The position numbers and the translations under genes were made by a program. A DNA stretch of 64,000 nucleotides from Folioceros fuciformis. Taxonomy: Eukaryota. Positions 39,848 to 52,261 of this stretch are shown in pieces. Under the pieces are notes generated by a model. The model was not told the origin of the DNA. It did no database searches and saw nothing but the letters and a program-made list of their open reading frames with translations. The DNA lies in contig JBNGIO010006289.1 in the NCBI GenBank assembly GCA_049999805.1, positions 1 through 64,000 of the forward strand. Reading direction: 5' to 3'. Position 1 is the first letter of the stretch. Every line of letters starts with the position of its first letter.

Positions 39848-42126
39848 ATGGCGGCGGCAGCAGCGGCGGTGGCGGCGGCTGCAATGCCCTGCGGGTCCAT
39901 GACGCGATCGCTGCGGCCACTGCTGTTGCTGGTGCGGAGGGCAATGGGCGCGGTGCCGGCAGGGAGGAGGGCGCTGTGTATGGCGCGCGGGGGGCAATTG
40001 GATGGTGTGGGGAGACTGGCGGGAGTGCGGCGGCGGCAGCAGCAGCAGCAGCAGGAGTGGGCGGTGCGGGCGATCACGGGCGGGAGTGTGGTGAGCGAAG
40101 TGCCGGTGGCGGATGAGGCGTCGGGGACGTACGACTCGAGCCAAATCCAGGTGCTGGAGGGGCTGGACGCGGTGCGGAAGCGGCCGGGGATGTACATTGG
40201 GAGCACGGGGACTAAGGGACTGCACCACTTGGTGTACGAGGTGCTGGACAATGCCGTGGACGAGGCGCAGGCGGGCTTCGCCACCACCGTGGAGGTGGAG
40301 CTCTACGCTGACGGCTCCGTGAGCGTCACGGACGACGGGCGGGGCATTCCCACGGACGTGCATCCCGTCACCAAGAAGTCGGCGGTGGAGACGGTGCTCA
40401 CGATGCTGCACGCCGGGGGCAAGTTTGGGGGNNNNNNNNNNNNNNNNNNNNNNNNNNNNNNNNNNNNNNNNNNNNNNNNNNNNNNNNNNNNNNNNNNNNN
40501 NNNNNNNNNNNNNNNNNNNNNNNNNNNNNNNGCCTGCATGGGGTCGGCATCTCCGTGGTGAATGCTCTGTCGGAGCGGCTGGAGGTGACGGTGTGGCGGG
40601 GCGGGAGGGAGTACCGGCAGACCTTCTCCAGGGGGAAGCCCGTGACGGAGCTGGAGAGCTCGCAGCTGCCGAAAGGGGAGGCCCGGCGGACGGGCACGCG
40701 CGTCCTCTTCCTCCCCGACCCCCGCGTCTTCCTCACCACCAGGGTGCTGGACTACGACACCATCGCCTCCCGGCTGCGGGAGCTCGCCTTCTTGAATCCT
40801 CAGCTGCGGATCGGGTTGAAGCAGGTGGACGCGGGGGCTGCGACGAGGGTTACCGAGTACCATTTTGCAGGCGGCTTGGCGGAGTATGTTGCCTGGTTGG
40901 ATGCCGACAAGAAGCAGATTCACGACCCGATCGTGATGCGGCGGGAGCGCGAGGGGGTCGTGGTGGATGTGGCGTTGCAGTGGTGTGCGGACGCGTATTC
41001 CGACACCCTGTTAGGCTATGCCAATAGCATTCGGACGAGCGATGGCGGGACGCACATGGACGGCTTCAAGAGCGCGGTGACTCGGGCCATCAATGCGCTC
41101 GGTAGGAAGACGAAGTTCATCAAGGAGAAGGATGAGAATCTGAACGGGGAGCATGTGCGGGAGGGGCTGACGGGGATCGTGTCTGTGAAGGTGCCTAACC
41201 CGGAGTTCGAGGGGCAGACCAAGACGCGGCTTGGTAACCCGGAGGTCAGGAAGCTGGTGGACCAGCTGCTGCATGAGTCGCTTACGGAGTACCTGGAGCT
41301 CCACCCGGCTACGTTGGAGGCGATTTTGGCCAAGGCGGTGGATTCGTACAAGGCTGCTGTGGCGGCCAAGACTGCCAGGGAGCTTGTGAGGCGGAAGAAC
41401 TCGCAGAAGAGCTTTATGTTGCCCGGGAAGCTGGCGGAGTGTACCTGGAAAGATCCCAAGGCGACAGAGATTTTCCTCGTGGAAGGGGACTCGGCCGGGG
41501 GGAGCACTAAGCAGGGGAGGGACCGGAGGTTTCAGGCGGTTTTGCCGCTCAGGGGAAAGATCATTAACATCGAGAAGAAGGATAGTGGGACTATCTACAA
41601 GAACCAGGAGATTCAGAATATGATTCTTGCGCTAGGACTGGGCGTGAAGGGGGAGGACTTCAAGATGGACGCCCTTCGGTACCACAAGATTATAATCCTC
41701 ACCGACGCGGATGTGGACGGGGCTCACATTCGCACACTGCTCTTGACCTTCTTCTTCAGGTACCAAAAGTCGCTGTTTGATGAGGGGACTATCTACATTG
41801 GAGTCCCTCCCCTGTACAAGGTGGACAGGGGTAAACAAAGCAAGTACTGTTTCACCGAGGATGAGCTCAAGGCCACTCTGAAGAGTTTCCCTGCCAGCAG
41901 TCATTACACTATCCAACGCTTCAAGGGGTTAGGGGAGATGATGCCCCAACAACTGTGGGAGACGACGTTGGATCCATCCAGGAGGATGCTTAAGCAGATG
42001 ACTGTGGAAGACGCAGCTGCGGCCTCCATGATGTTCTCGTTGCTCATGGGCGACAAGGTTGAGCCCAGAAAGCAGCATATCCAGGCCGCCGCCTCTAGGA
42101 TCAACTTACGAAAATTGGACTTGTAG
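39848..42126 (+). CDS. GYRB: Organellar DNA gyrase subunit B with an N-terminal transit peptide; no introns in the sequenced part
   Basis: [91 protein letters not shown] and [11 protein letters not shown]. The apparent frame change lies within the 100-N gap 40432-40531. Confidence 0.96.
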
Positions 42127-43413
42127 TGTCCAGGGAGTTGCTGCCGCCTTTTCCTCCTTATCCAAGGTACTGTATTCCCTTTTGTCGCTGTCCGGTGTGT
42201 TGCTCGTAGATGAAATTAGGGTGTGGTTCACCACCAATTGTGTGGTCCTCTCTTCATCTGCGAGCAACATGTGGGATGCTTACTCAAGGTCGTGGACTAG
42301 TCTAGGTCGGTTCTTTTTTCTACAAGGCCGTAAAGGTTTTCCAATCTAAGACATTCTTTTCCGGTCAACTGCAAATTCTAGCCATGGACTTCAATGTTTC
42401 CACGCTTCAGTCAAGGTAAAGCTACAGAAGACGATGGGGCTGCGGAAGCGTGAGTTTGTCGCTCTCCTCCGCCCGGTTTTCCCTCAGAAGTTTGTAGCTT
42501 AGCCTCCGCGCGCTCATCTCCCGTAAGAAGAGACCGTATGTCATGCAAGCACTTGGCACTGGCAGTGAAGAGCACAATTTGTCCAATGAGTCACAGAGTA
42601 CCATCCGAGCGAGAGAGAAAGCGGGAGGCGAGGCGGACCGGTACACCTGTGAAGGCAGTCATCCAAGTGCGCATCCAGCGACGTTATCACCACTGGCATT
42701 TGCTCCAACAGCTGCGGCCAACATCCGAAATTATGTACATCTCTTCCACCAAAGGTCGCCAAATTATGCTTGCGATGCAAATCCTACCGAGCCTGTGTTC
42801 TTTATGTTCGGCAGTTTAGTCGCGAGGTCCCTGGGGAGCTTGGCCACTCGCTGCCACAAACGTTTAAGACTTTGGTTGTAATTATAGCGAGGAGCACAAG
42901 TATGTTCATGGCGGCCTGCAGAAATCATGGGGCAAGACTGTCACCTCTGACGATGGGGAATGTCGCAGGCGGGCGAGCAAAGCAGAGCTAGATTGGATGC
43001 ATTGAGAGGTACGCTCCGTAGCCAAGGCCTTGAGCGCTCCCTTCTCCTGAGCAGGACTCTGCAAAGCCATTCTCTGCGTCGATCGTGGAGCTGCGGCTTC
43101 TTCGTTTCCAGGGTTCGCAGTGTCTTGGGTTTAGATGAAGGTTTCCTATACTAGGTTTAGTCCACTTGGACTGACTTCGTTAGAAGAGCACATCTTGATC
43201 CACAACCATACAGGAATTTGAAATTGTAATTTATATTAAGCTATTTTATGACCGCAGATTGTTTCCTCATCGGGCGACCTATTCACTCTAAATGTATGAC
43301 TTCATGTATCACAGGCACAACTTTTATTACTTAGCTAAGCCTCTGCTCTCCCTGCTCCAGCACTCCTGCCATTTTCTGCAGATTTCAGCTCATTGAATAC
43401 TCCTCGGCACCAT

Positions 43414-46400
43414 ATGGGGAAGGAGAAGAGATCTCAGGCCAAGGCCAAGGCTTCGCAAGGGGATCATGAGGCAGCAGCAGAAGCAATTTATGCACTCACC
43501 AAGCCCCACATTGAATCGTTTGACTACTTTGCAGACCGAGGTCTGCAGGCTGCTGTAACTGCAGTGCAGCCCGTGCAAGTTACTCACCCATTATCGAAGA
43601 CGACCTTGAGAAATATCCTTTTGCGTGTGTCTGAGTTTTTTCCCTATGCCTGCGTTTTTGTTTTGTGTTTGTGGTCTCTTCCATCTGTGTATTGGAAATC
43701 CTTGACTTGTCAAACTTTGGGTTGAGAAGCCGGCAATCAGCCCTCCAATCAGGGAATTGAAGGACACTTCACATACTGTCGACCATCGACTCCTCCCCTC
43801 TGAAGTAGGGCATCACAAGGGAATAATTGTATTCTCGATCCTGCTGGTTTCTCGTCAGCGCAGATGACATGTTGTTTTCAAACTGACTGCAAGGTTGAAT
43901 ACTGTTGTAGTGTCGCCAAGCTGGACTGAGTTACAAGGGAGCGTTTTCTGCAGACATATGTTTGCAAACAAATGACAAACATGTAATTCGTCAAAGTATT
44001 TCCTTTGGGCGTATGCCGATCATGGTGAAAGTAACGTATCGCTCTTCCAGACTGCATGTTCCTACAAGGCTCTTTATTTCCCAGCGTGTGGTCTCTCCTC
44101 TTCTGTCTCTCAGCTCACTTATTTGATTTTTTTTTTGTGTGGGCATGCATCCATTTCATCATTCAGTCAGGTGTTTGTCACTTGCGAGGGTTAAAGCAGC
44201 AACAGCTGGTTGCCGTGAAGGAAGAGAGTATGGAGATGGGAGGGTGAGATAAAGTTGTGGTTGAAATTCAGCATGATTACAATCACTGTCATACCCACAG
44301 GCTGTGACATGGTTTGTATCAGGTACTTTATATGCAATGGAATTGAGCGCGTCATCAGATTGTTGATTCTTCCAAAACGAAACTATGTGAGTTTGGCCCT
44401 GCCTCTAGTCTTCGCTACCCACCTGCACAGCAGAGAGACCATTTTACCTATGGATATATAGGTTGCTCTAGCTAGAGCAGCCTGTATTAACATCTTCTTG
44501 GATATGTTTCCTCAATGTAGCCCATGGGTTTGGTACGAGGATCATTCCGGAATCGAGGTCCTTCATACTCTGACAAGGCGATATTGATCAGGTTTACATT
44601 GCATTAATGTTTCTTGACAAATTTTTCCTCAATATCAGATAAGATTGGCACTCCTACAACCTCTTCAATTGCATTGTTGTGATCCAGGTGTGTAAGGCCA
44701 GATCAAAGCTCGGTAACCATGAGACTGTACTATGTCCATACTGGGAAGGCAACGCTTGGCTTTTCGTGAGTTTCTGATTGGTTCTTGTGTATTTATCTGG
44801 TTCAGTTTTTTTGTACTGCATGAACTTGCCGTCTATGAACGCACTTAGTGTGTATTTGGTTGCTTGCAGAGTTCGTAAGCAAGAATTTCTCGTACCAGTG
44901 GGCATTTTATTGAAAGTAAGTTGGGCATGATCCCTTCATTGCTTGTGAGGACGGATTTGATTTTGCAGAGGAACTAAGCTGACTGGACTGTGTGCTTGAA
45001 GGCTCTCATCGAAGTCAGTGAGGCGGAAATGTTCCAGCAAATATCTTGTATACACAATGGAAATCGGAAGGGTGCAAGGGGGATGGTTGGCAGTGAGTTT
45101 GTTACTCAAAGAGCTAGGCTTGTTTTGGACGAACTCCAACGGCTTCAGATACACACCCGCACAGAGTGCTTGAAGTTCCTTGGTATGCTAATTTACCTAT
45201 GGTTTTGCTATGTTCAAGTATGTTTGCAGCAGATCAGTTATGGATTCATTTGATGGGTTTTGTGTACCTGCCCCTGATGTGAGGCGTTTTTTATGGCAGG
45301 AGAAACTTTCCGACCTGTGTTGGAAGGCGTGGAGAGTCTTAGTGTCACACAGGTGAAGCACTTTTTGTTGACTCGTTAACCTCGATACCAGACACTGCAG
45401 TTTACATGGTTTCTAAAGATAAGTCTCCATGCCCAATGAACGTTTCAGATTGGGGAGAAAGTACTCACTGAGTTCATACTCGTACACCTTGACAACAACC
45501 ATGACAAGTTCAACCTTCTAATGTGTGCCCTCATCTACGACTTAGCCTTGTGGTTTAGCTTTTGAGTACATGTTCAGGCACAATCAATTACAGGATTGGG
45601 CATATAATCAGTCGAGATAACTCACTGTGAATTTCTTCTGGCAGCTTCATGTTGCAGAAATTATTTGCCTTGGTAGATGGAATAGCGGCTGCAGATAATG
45701 TCGACGTGCTTCAGCATCAAGAGGTCCTTCTTCCTGGTCATCTTCTCACTATCTTCGTGAAGGTACCACCAAGCCCTTGTTGCACGTCATATGTCACTCT
45801 GGTTGGACATTGTTGCCATGGTTAAGCCACTTTCTCTCGTGGTTCAGGAAAGGATTCAGGACTGGTTGGCGAAAGTGAAATCTCAGCTGATTAAAGAAAT
45901 GGAAGACAAACCGACCCAATTTGATCTTCAAGATTGTATGCCCTCAACAATAAGCTCGCCTGTTACGAAACCAAGTAAACATTTGCATTGTTCTAAACTC
46001 TCTCCTGTATCTGTCTCAGCGCAACAGGTGAACAAGGTGATAGACAAAGTTAACTCAGACATTGGCAAACGAGTTGAGTATTTGTTGAATACTGGCAACC
46101 TTGTGTCCCCTGGAGGCTTGGACTTGCAGCAGGTACTTCCCGGAGGCTTGGTTACTGTCTCTAGTCACTTCTGTTGCATCAAACGTTTGTTGCTGTGCTT
46201 TTTGCCAAAACATTTAAAGGCATCGCTGAGTAAGTCACTGTTCGTTACTTATCCAGACAAGTGGCTTTACCGTTGTTGCCGAGAAACTCAATTTCTTGCG
46301 CTACTTGTCCCATTTCCGCTCCGTACATAGAGGAGCTTTCTTTGCAACGCTGCGGACAACAGCTGTCAGAAAATTACTTCCTGAGTAAGTGCTCATTGCT

Positions 46401-49400
46401 GTTGATTCATATGGCTCTGGCTGCGCAGAAAGGGCTTGTCACTTGACTAATCTGTAATTTCTGCATGCAGATCTTGGGGTTTCATGTGTCCTGTACACAC
46501 ACCCGATGGTTCTCCATGTGGTTTACTTATGCACCTCACTGCTGCTTGTCGTAAGGGCTTTTAACTCTGCTGCTATGGTTTTCTGTACTTCCAAGAGCTA
46601 TGAACTGAGTCTTGTGTGGACAGCAAGCCTAGTTGAGCTGATGTACTCCAGGAAGGTGTGTTGACTCATTTGGCTTGTGGTGTGCTGCAGAAATCTCAAG
46701 CGATCTCGATTCAAAAAGTTGCTTGAAAGACCCATTGAGGGTTCGGAAGATTGTTTCTTCATTTCTGGTTGGGCTGGGGATGATTCCAGCTCATCCCAGA
46801 TTAGGGCATGCGAGCCCGCCCGACTATCTCGCTGTCTTGTTGGATGGCAGAATCTTGGGGTACTTGCGTACATGTGATATCCCTCATGCAGTTTCGCAAC
46901 TGCGTGATGCAAAGACCTCTCAGTCATCAGAGGTGAGCCTTCGAATGAAGTTTTTGCATCTGAAATAGGCAGCCAGCCACGTGTCCTTACCTTTGGCCTA
47001 ATCTTGGCTCTTAACAGATTCCTGAAGACTTGGAGGTTGGATATGTGCGATGCACACATGCGGGAGCATTTCCAGGTCTCTTTCTTGCGTCAACACCATC
47101 ACGCTTTGTCCGTTCTGTAATGCAGTTGCCTGCTTCAGACGCACCTACTATAGAGCTTATTGGTCCTTTCGAACAGGTGAGGTATCTTCAAGTTCCTGAA
47201 TGTATCTTTTGCAAATGGGGCAATGTGTTCTGGAACAATGGGTGCATGTTCTGTTTTGTAGGCTTATATTGACATAAAATGCCTCGATGGAGGGAATGGT
47301 GGAAGTCCACAGGGAGCACCCGCACCTACACATCAAGAACTCAGTCCAACAGCAATGCTGAGTGTGGTTGCAAACTTGACCCCCTGGTCAGATCACAATC
47401 AGAGCCCCAGGAACATGTATCAATGTCAGGTGTGCTTTCTGCTTTTATCTCGATAAGCAGAGTGAACCGTTGGGATCTGGCCTTGAAAGTGAAAAGGATT
47501 GCTGATGAAGTTGCTACGCAGATGGCCAAACAAACCATGGGTTTCCCTGCTCAGGCGCTCCAGTTTCGAGCTGATAACAAAATGTATCGACTTCAGGTGC
47601 ATGGTTGCTTTTCACTTTTGTCCGCGAGCAATATCTTCTCGGCCCTTGTATCTTTTCACATGTTTGTTGTAGCTCTAAAATTACCTCCCACGTGGGGGTC
47701 CCTGATGTCCGGCCCTGTAGTGCACTGATTTGCAAGTTTGTTGGTGTCTCCTGTTCAGAATCCTCAATCTCCTATTGCTCGGACGGGCACATATGTGAAG
47801 TATGGCTTGGATGAGTTCCCTAATGGCACAAATGCAGTGGTGGTTGTCATCTCGAACACCGGGTAATGACTGATCACTGTTTCATGCAAATTGCTTGAAT
47901 CCTAAGGTAAGCCATACTGATACTTTTGGAGATTTTTGCCTCATACCTTTGTGTGGACAGCTATGACATGGAGGACGCTATGATCATAAACAAGTCTTCC
48001 ATGGAGCGTGGATTGGCACATGGACAAATATACAAGGTTGGCCATTCGTCGGCTTTCAGTCAACAGCTAATTCTCTCAGAGCCCGTTCACTTGCTTGCAT
48101 GACTGATGCCGTTGTTTTTTGTGTCGCAGTCGGAGACAATAGATCTTACACGTTTGCGACGAAAAGGAGATGGCCTAGTGTATCAATTCAAAAAGGCTCA
48201 AGGGGGTAAAAAAGTACCTTATCTTGCTGCAAAGGACCAGTTTATTGATACAGATGGTCTGCCACATGTCGGACAGGTATTTCAAACCTCACTTGACCTC
48301 CCACACTGGAGGGAAGTGCAAGCTTCCATAGTGTTGCAAAGTTATCTTTTACAACTTGTTGGGTTTCGGCAGGTGATGAAGGAAGGAGACCCTTACTGCA
48401 GTGTGATGAATACCATGGTCGGTACGCCAAAGCTCTCCAAAATCAAAGGCTCTGACACGGCAGTCGTGGATTATGTAGCAGCTATCGGCACAGGCCCAAA
48501 GGATCCAATGCAAAAGGTAGATATTGACTAAACTCATTTCGTCAACTGCTGGGCAGCTCTTGAAGGAAAGCCTGACTTAAACTGCTGAGTTGAATCAACA
48601 GGTGGCTATCCGGATGAGATATGGGAGGAATCCTGTCATCGGAGACAAGTTCAGCAGCAGACACGGACAGAAAGGAGTCCTATCACAATTGTGGCCTGAC
48701 GTGAATATGCCATTCTCAGCAGTAACAGGGATGCGTCCTGACATCATAATCAACCCACATGCTTTTCCATCGAGGATGACAATAGGAATGCTGGTCGAAT
48801 TATTGGCTGCCAAGGTATTCATTTCCGAGTTCTGTGCACTGCAGTAACTTGATCGTCTTTTGTGCTTCCCATCTGGACCGCTTACTGACAAGGTGTCACT
48901 TGTCAGGCTGGTGCACTTCAAGGAAAGTTTGTTGACGCAACTCCTTTTAAGAAGAGTGAATCGCAGGGTGTTGGATCAGAAGCTCAGGTGGAGTCAACTG
49001 TGGATGAGTTTGGGAAGAAGCTAGCTTCCCTCGGCTTTGATTACTACGGAAATGAGGTCATGTATTGTGGTGAGCTGGGGACAGAGATGACCTGTGACAT
49101 CTACATGGGTATTGTGTACTATCAACGACTCCGGCACATGGTTGGCGACAAGTATCAGGTATGGTACAAAGCCTTCATCTTAGAACTGATGCAAACTTTA
49201 CCCGCATGCACTGACCCATGACCTTCCTTAGGTCCGGTCGTTGGGACCCGTAAACCCCATGACTCGACAACCCGTCAAAGGACGTAAGCTCGGAGGTGGA
49301 ATTCGATTTGGGGAGATGGAGCGAGATGCACTCCTTGCCCATGGCGCAGCTTATTTACTACACGATAGGCTTCACGCATGTTCTGACTATCACATTGCCG

Positions 49401-49615
49401 ACGTTTGCTCCCTGTGTGGAAGTCTAATTTCGACTGCGCCCGTAATGGAGCCTACAGTATCTGGAGGGCTGGCCAAGAGGAAGAAAGTGATGTGCAGAGT
49501 CTGTAATACCTCCAAGGGGATAGAGAAAGTGGCGATACCGTATGTGTTCCGATATCTTGCAGCAGAGCTAGCAGCGATGAACATAAAACTCACATTAAAG
49601 GTTTCTGGACCTTAG
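43414..49615 (+). CDS. NRPA2: RNA polymerase I second-largest subunit (RPA2/RPA135), about 25 exons
   Basis: [116 protein letters not shown] and [17 protein letters not shown]. Confidence 0.98.
43613..43715 (+). other. U12-type (minor spliceosome) AT-AC intron in NRPA2
   Basis: 5' site ATATCCTTTT, branch site TCCTTGAC at 43699-43706, 3' end AC. Removing it restores the frame: [15 protein letters not shown]. Confidence 0.9.
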
Positions 49616-49851
49616 TTTTCGACCTTTTTCCCGATGCGGCGCTTTGTAAATGTTGAGAGAGCATTTCGATGCTTATTAGTCTGTAATCATTTTGTTCGTG
49701 GAAAACCCTCTCGACGTGTTATAAAAGCCTTAGGTAGCACCCTCTCTCAGAAGTGAAATCCCGGTTTCAGGTTACCCTCCTTTTCCCTGGCCAGAACTGT
49801 GAAGTTGGGACGGAGCTGGAGTCCGCCGGTGATCGTCTGTCAGTGACCAGG

Positions 49852-51621
49852 ATGAATTTCTTCAGCATGGAGCTGTGCAACGACTGTGTGAAGCGCGACT
49901 CGCTCGGGTGGAACTCTTTTGAGGAGTTGAACGAAGGGAAGGAGAGGGCATGCTCGCAGTGCGGAAGCCGGTTCAAGGGTCCCCATTTTCAGCTGAGAGT
50001 TTTGCAGGGTCATTTGCGGGAACCCTTGAATCCTCGTGGCCTCGAGATGAAGTCCTGTCAGTGGAGCGATTTGCCCGCAGAGTGTCTGCAACTAGTTTTG
50101 GCGAGGCTGTCGTTAGGCAGCCGCATCCGCTTCTCCGGAGTTTGCAAAGCCTGGCAGGCGTTCTTTGCATCGTCAACTTTTAAGCGCATGCGTGAGTCCG
50201 TGGAGCGTCCTGCACCTCCAGTCTGCATGCTGCAGCACAACCCCGGCAGCTTGTATCGTTTCGAGCCGTACCCTCAAGGGGTTTCTAGTGGAGCCCGGGA
50301 CTTGGAGCGTGTTGAGATTGACTTATCCTTTCTTCCTCCCAAATTCCAAGCTTTCAATTTCCGACAATTCGTTGTGCACAACGGGTTGGTCTGCATTTTC
50401 AAAGTTGACAGACGGGAGCCTGAAGGAACCAGGGTTGATACTGAGCTTTTCCAGTCTCTCCAGATGCATCTACAAGACACGGATGAGGATGATGAGGACG
50501 AGGAGGCGGAACAGGAGCGGGAGGATGGAGGGGAGCAGAGGGATTACGAGGAGGACGAGGTTAGGGATCTGGAGGGATATTTCACGGCAGAGGACGAGGA
50601 GGTATACCTCATGGTAGAGGAGGATGGGGAGGGATATTCGATGGCAGAGGATGTGGAAAGGTTTTTCATGGCAGAGGACGAAGATTTTGATCTGGAGTAC
50701 GAGGACGAGGACGAGATCGAGGATTATGACGAGGATGATGACGACTTTAATATTTATAATCCCCCCGTGATGAGGCGGAGAGAAGATGGAGTAGGGATGA
50801 GCTTCTGCGTTGTCAATCCTGTTATGAGAACATTCAAAGAACTGCCCCGGGAGTTTGGGGAGGATGAGGATTATTTTGACCATCTATACGGATGGGTAGT
50901 CCAGCTTGAGGTGGATGAAAGCGGGCACTACAGAGTCATGGTTTTGTGTACGCGGAAAGATGTGCCAACTGTGACCATCTACAGGTCCACAGATAACAGC
51001 TGGGAATCCACGGCCCTGAGTTTTCCATTCTGGATCAGTGGCAACTATAATCCTCGCGAGCCCTGGCCTCAATATGTTTTGTGCAACGATGAACTGTGCA
51101 CAGCAGGGAACAACTACAACGTCAAGATTCACGATCTGAAAAGCGGCCAGCTTGTTTGGGATCGGGACCTGGTGGGTGCACACGAGAACGTGGAGCCGAG
51201 ACAAATTTGCAATGTCTTCGCGTGGCGTGGGAAAATATTTTGCCTTGAACAAGACCTCGAGTGCAAGGACATGGATTTTGGGATTTGGGAGATTGAAAGG
51301 AGCCCGTTCGCCTGGCGGAAGGTGTCTGTCCTGCCAGAACATTTGCAGGAGATGCTCATGAATCGAGAGGTGCCCGAGACGTTGATGGGACGAGGGTATT
51401 TTAGGTTCTCGCGGCCCTTGCTCACCTTGGATGGAGCTTCCCTGATCGTTGATACTCTTTACGTCTCTATTAGGAGAAGCTTTGACCCGTACGGTGGTTC
51501 GGAGGACTTGGTGGGGTTTAACATGCTGGACAATACATGGAACGTCATTTGCGAAGATTTGGGTACCTCAGTCTTGTCGCACGTGTCCCATCTTTATTTT
51601 CCAAATGACTTCGATGTGTAA
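49852..51621 (+). CDS. Single-exon F-box protein with an N-terminal CxxC..CxxC pair, an acidic insertion and an F-box-associated/kelch-like C-terminus
   Basis: F-box WSDLPAECLQLVLARLSLGSRIRFSGVCKAW, then HNGLVC, VVNPVMRTFKELP and IYRSTDNSWE. An E/D-rich tract lies at ~50480-50745. Confidence 0.88.
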   Translation: MNFFSMELCNDCVKRDSLGWNSFEELNEGKERACSQCGSRFKGPHFQLRVLQGHLREPLNPRGLEMKSCQWSDLPAECLQLVLARLSLGSRIRFSGVCKAWQAFFASSTFKRMRESVERPAPPVCMLQHNPGSLYRFEPYPQGVSSGARDLERVEIDLSFLPPKFQAFNFRQFVVHNGLVCIFKVDRREPEGTRVDTELFQSLQMHLQDTDEDDEDEEAEQEREDGGEQRDYEEDEVRDLEGYFTAEDEEVYLMVEEDGEGYSMAEDVERFFMAEDEDFDLEYEDEDEIEDYDEDDDDFNIYNPPVMRRREDGVGMSFCVVNPVMRTFKELPREFGEDEDYFDHLYGWVVQLEVDESGHYRVMVLCTRKDVPTVTIYRSTDNSWESTALSFPFWISGNYNPREPWPQYVLCNDELCTAGNNYNVKIHDLKSGQLVWDRDLVGAHENVEPRQICNVFAWRGKIFCLEQDLECKDMDFGIWEIERSPFAWRKVSVLPEHLQEMLMNREVPETLMGRGYFRFSRPLLTLDGASLIVDTLYVSIRRSFDPYGGSEDLVGFNMLDNTWNVICEDLGTSVLSHVSHLYFPNDFDV

Positions 51622-51881
51622 CCCCAGAAGGCCTATGCGGCCCTTCTGGGATTACCCCGGCACTGAGTATATGTGAGCATGTGGATGCACTTCTAGAAAT
51701 TTTGAAAAAGAAAAATAGACATCTTTAATGCGTCTGGGCGAAAAGGAAGAGAGGATTCTTCTCATCTTGAACTGGATGTCATAGGCGGCCAGTTAGACGC
51801 TGCCTTGCGCGTCTCTCCGCCTATGGCCNNNNNNNNNNTAGGCGGCCAGTTAGACGCTGCCTTGCGCGTCTCTCCGCCTAT

Positions 51882-52115
51882 GGCCTAGAGTAGGATTAGG
51901 CGGCCTAGAGTAGATGTAGGTTAGATTACTGTGTCCTACAGTTGGATTAGGCATTTTGACATAGAGTAGGTGTAGGTAAGATCACTATGGCCTAGAGTAG
52001 GACTATGCATAGTGTAGGTATAGGTTGGATCAGGTTGTCCTAGAGTAGGACCAGGCATAGAGCAAGGCATAGGTTAGTTCAGCTTGGCCTAGAGTAGGGC
52101 TAGGCATAGAGTAGA
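51882..52115. repeat. Degenerate ~48-bp tandem array
   Basis: About 5 copies of TGGCCTAGAGTAGGA.TAGGCATAGAGTAGGT.TAGGTTAGATCA. Confidence 0.8.
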
Positions 52116-52261
52116 TATATAGGGTAAACCTCTCTCCTCTTAGGAAGAATAAAGTGCATCACTTGCTATGGAGTTGGGTATGGCACAATGTTCCATCTAA
52201 TGAAGTTGGTGTGAAACCCAGGGCTCTTCCAGTTAAGCTTCAAACCACCATAATGAAACCC

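Noticed and set aside
40432..40531. Frameshift or pseudogenisation of GYRB
   Set aside because: The frame change falls in a placeholder 100-N gap. Only ~10 codons appear to be missing, although a small intron inside the gap cannot be excluded.
39848..42126. GYRB as bacterial contamination
   Set aside because: It has a eukaryotic transit peptide and a plant-type C-terminus, and its 3' part is contiguous with NRPA2 without a gap.
13386..49615. Functional cluster of information-processing genes (TBP, TRN1, GYRB, NRPA2)
   Set aside because: They act in unrelated compartments and have mixed orientations, which is expected by chance in a gene-dense genome.
51782..51885. Perfect 47-bp direct repeat flanking the 10-N gap
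   Set aside because: Most likely an unmerged contig overlap rather than a real duplication.
51840..51890. Helitron 3' end (hairpin + CTAG)
   Set aside because: The CTAG belongs to the array unit, is followed by A rather than T, and no matching 5' TC end was identified.
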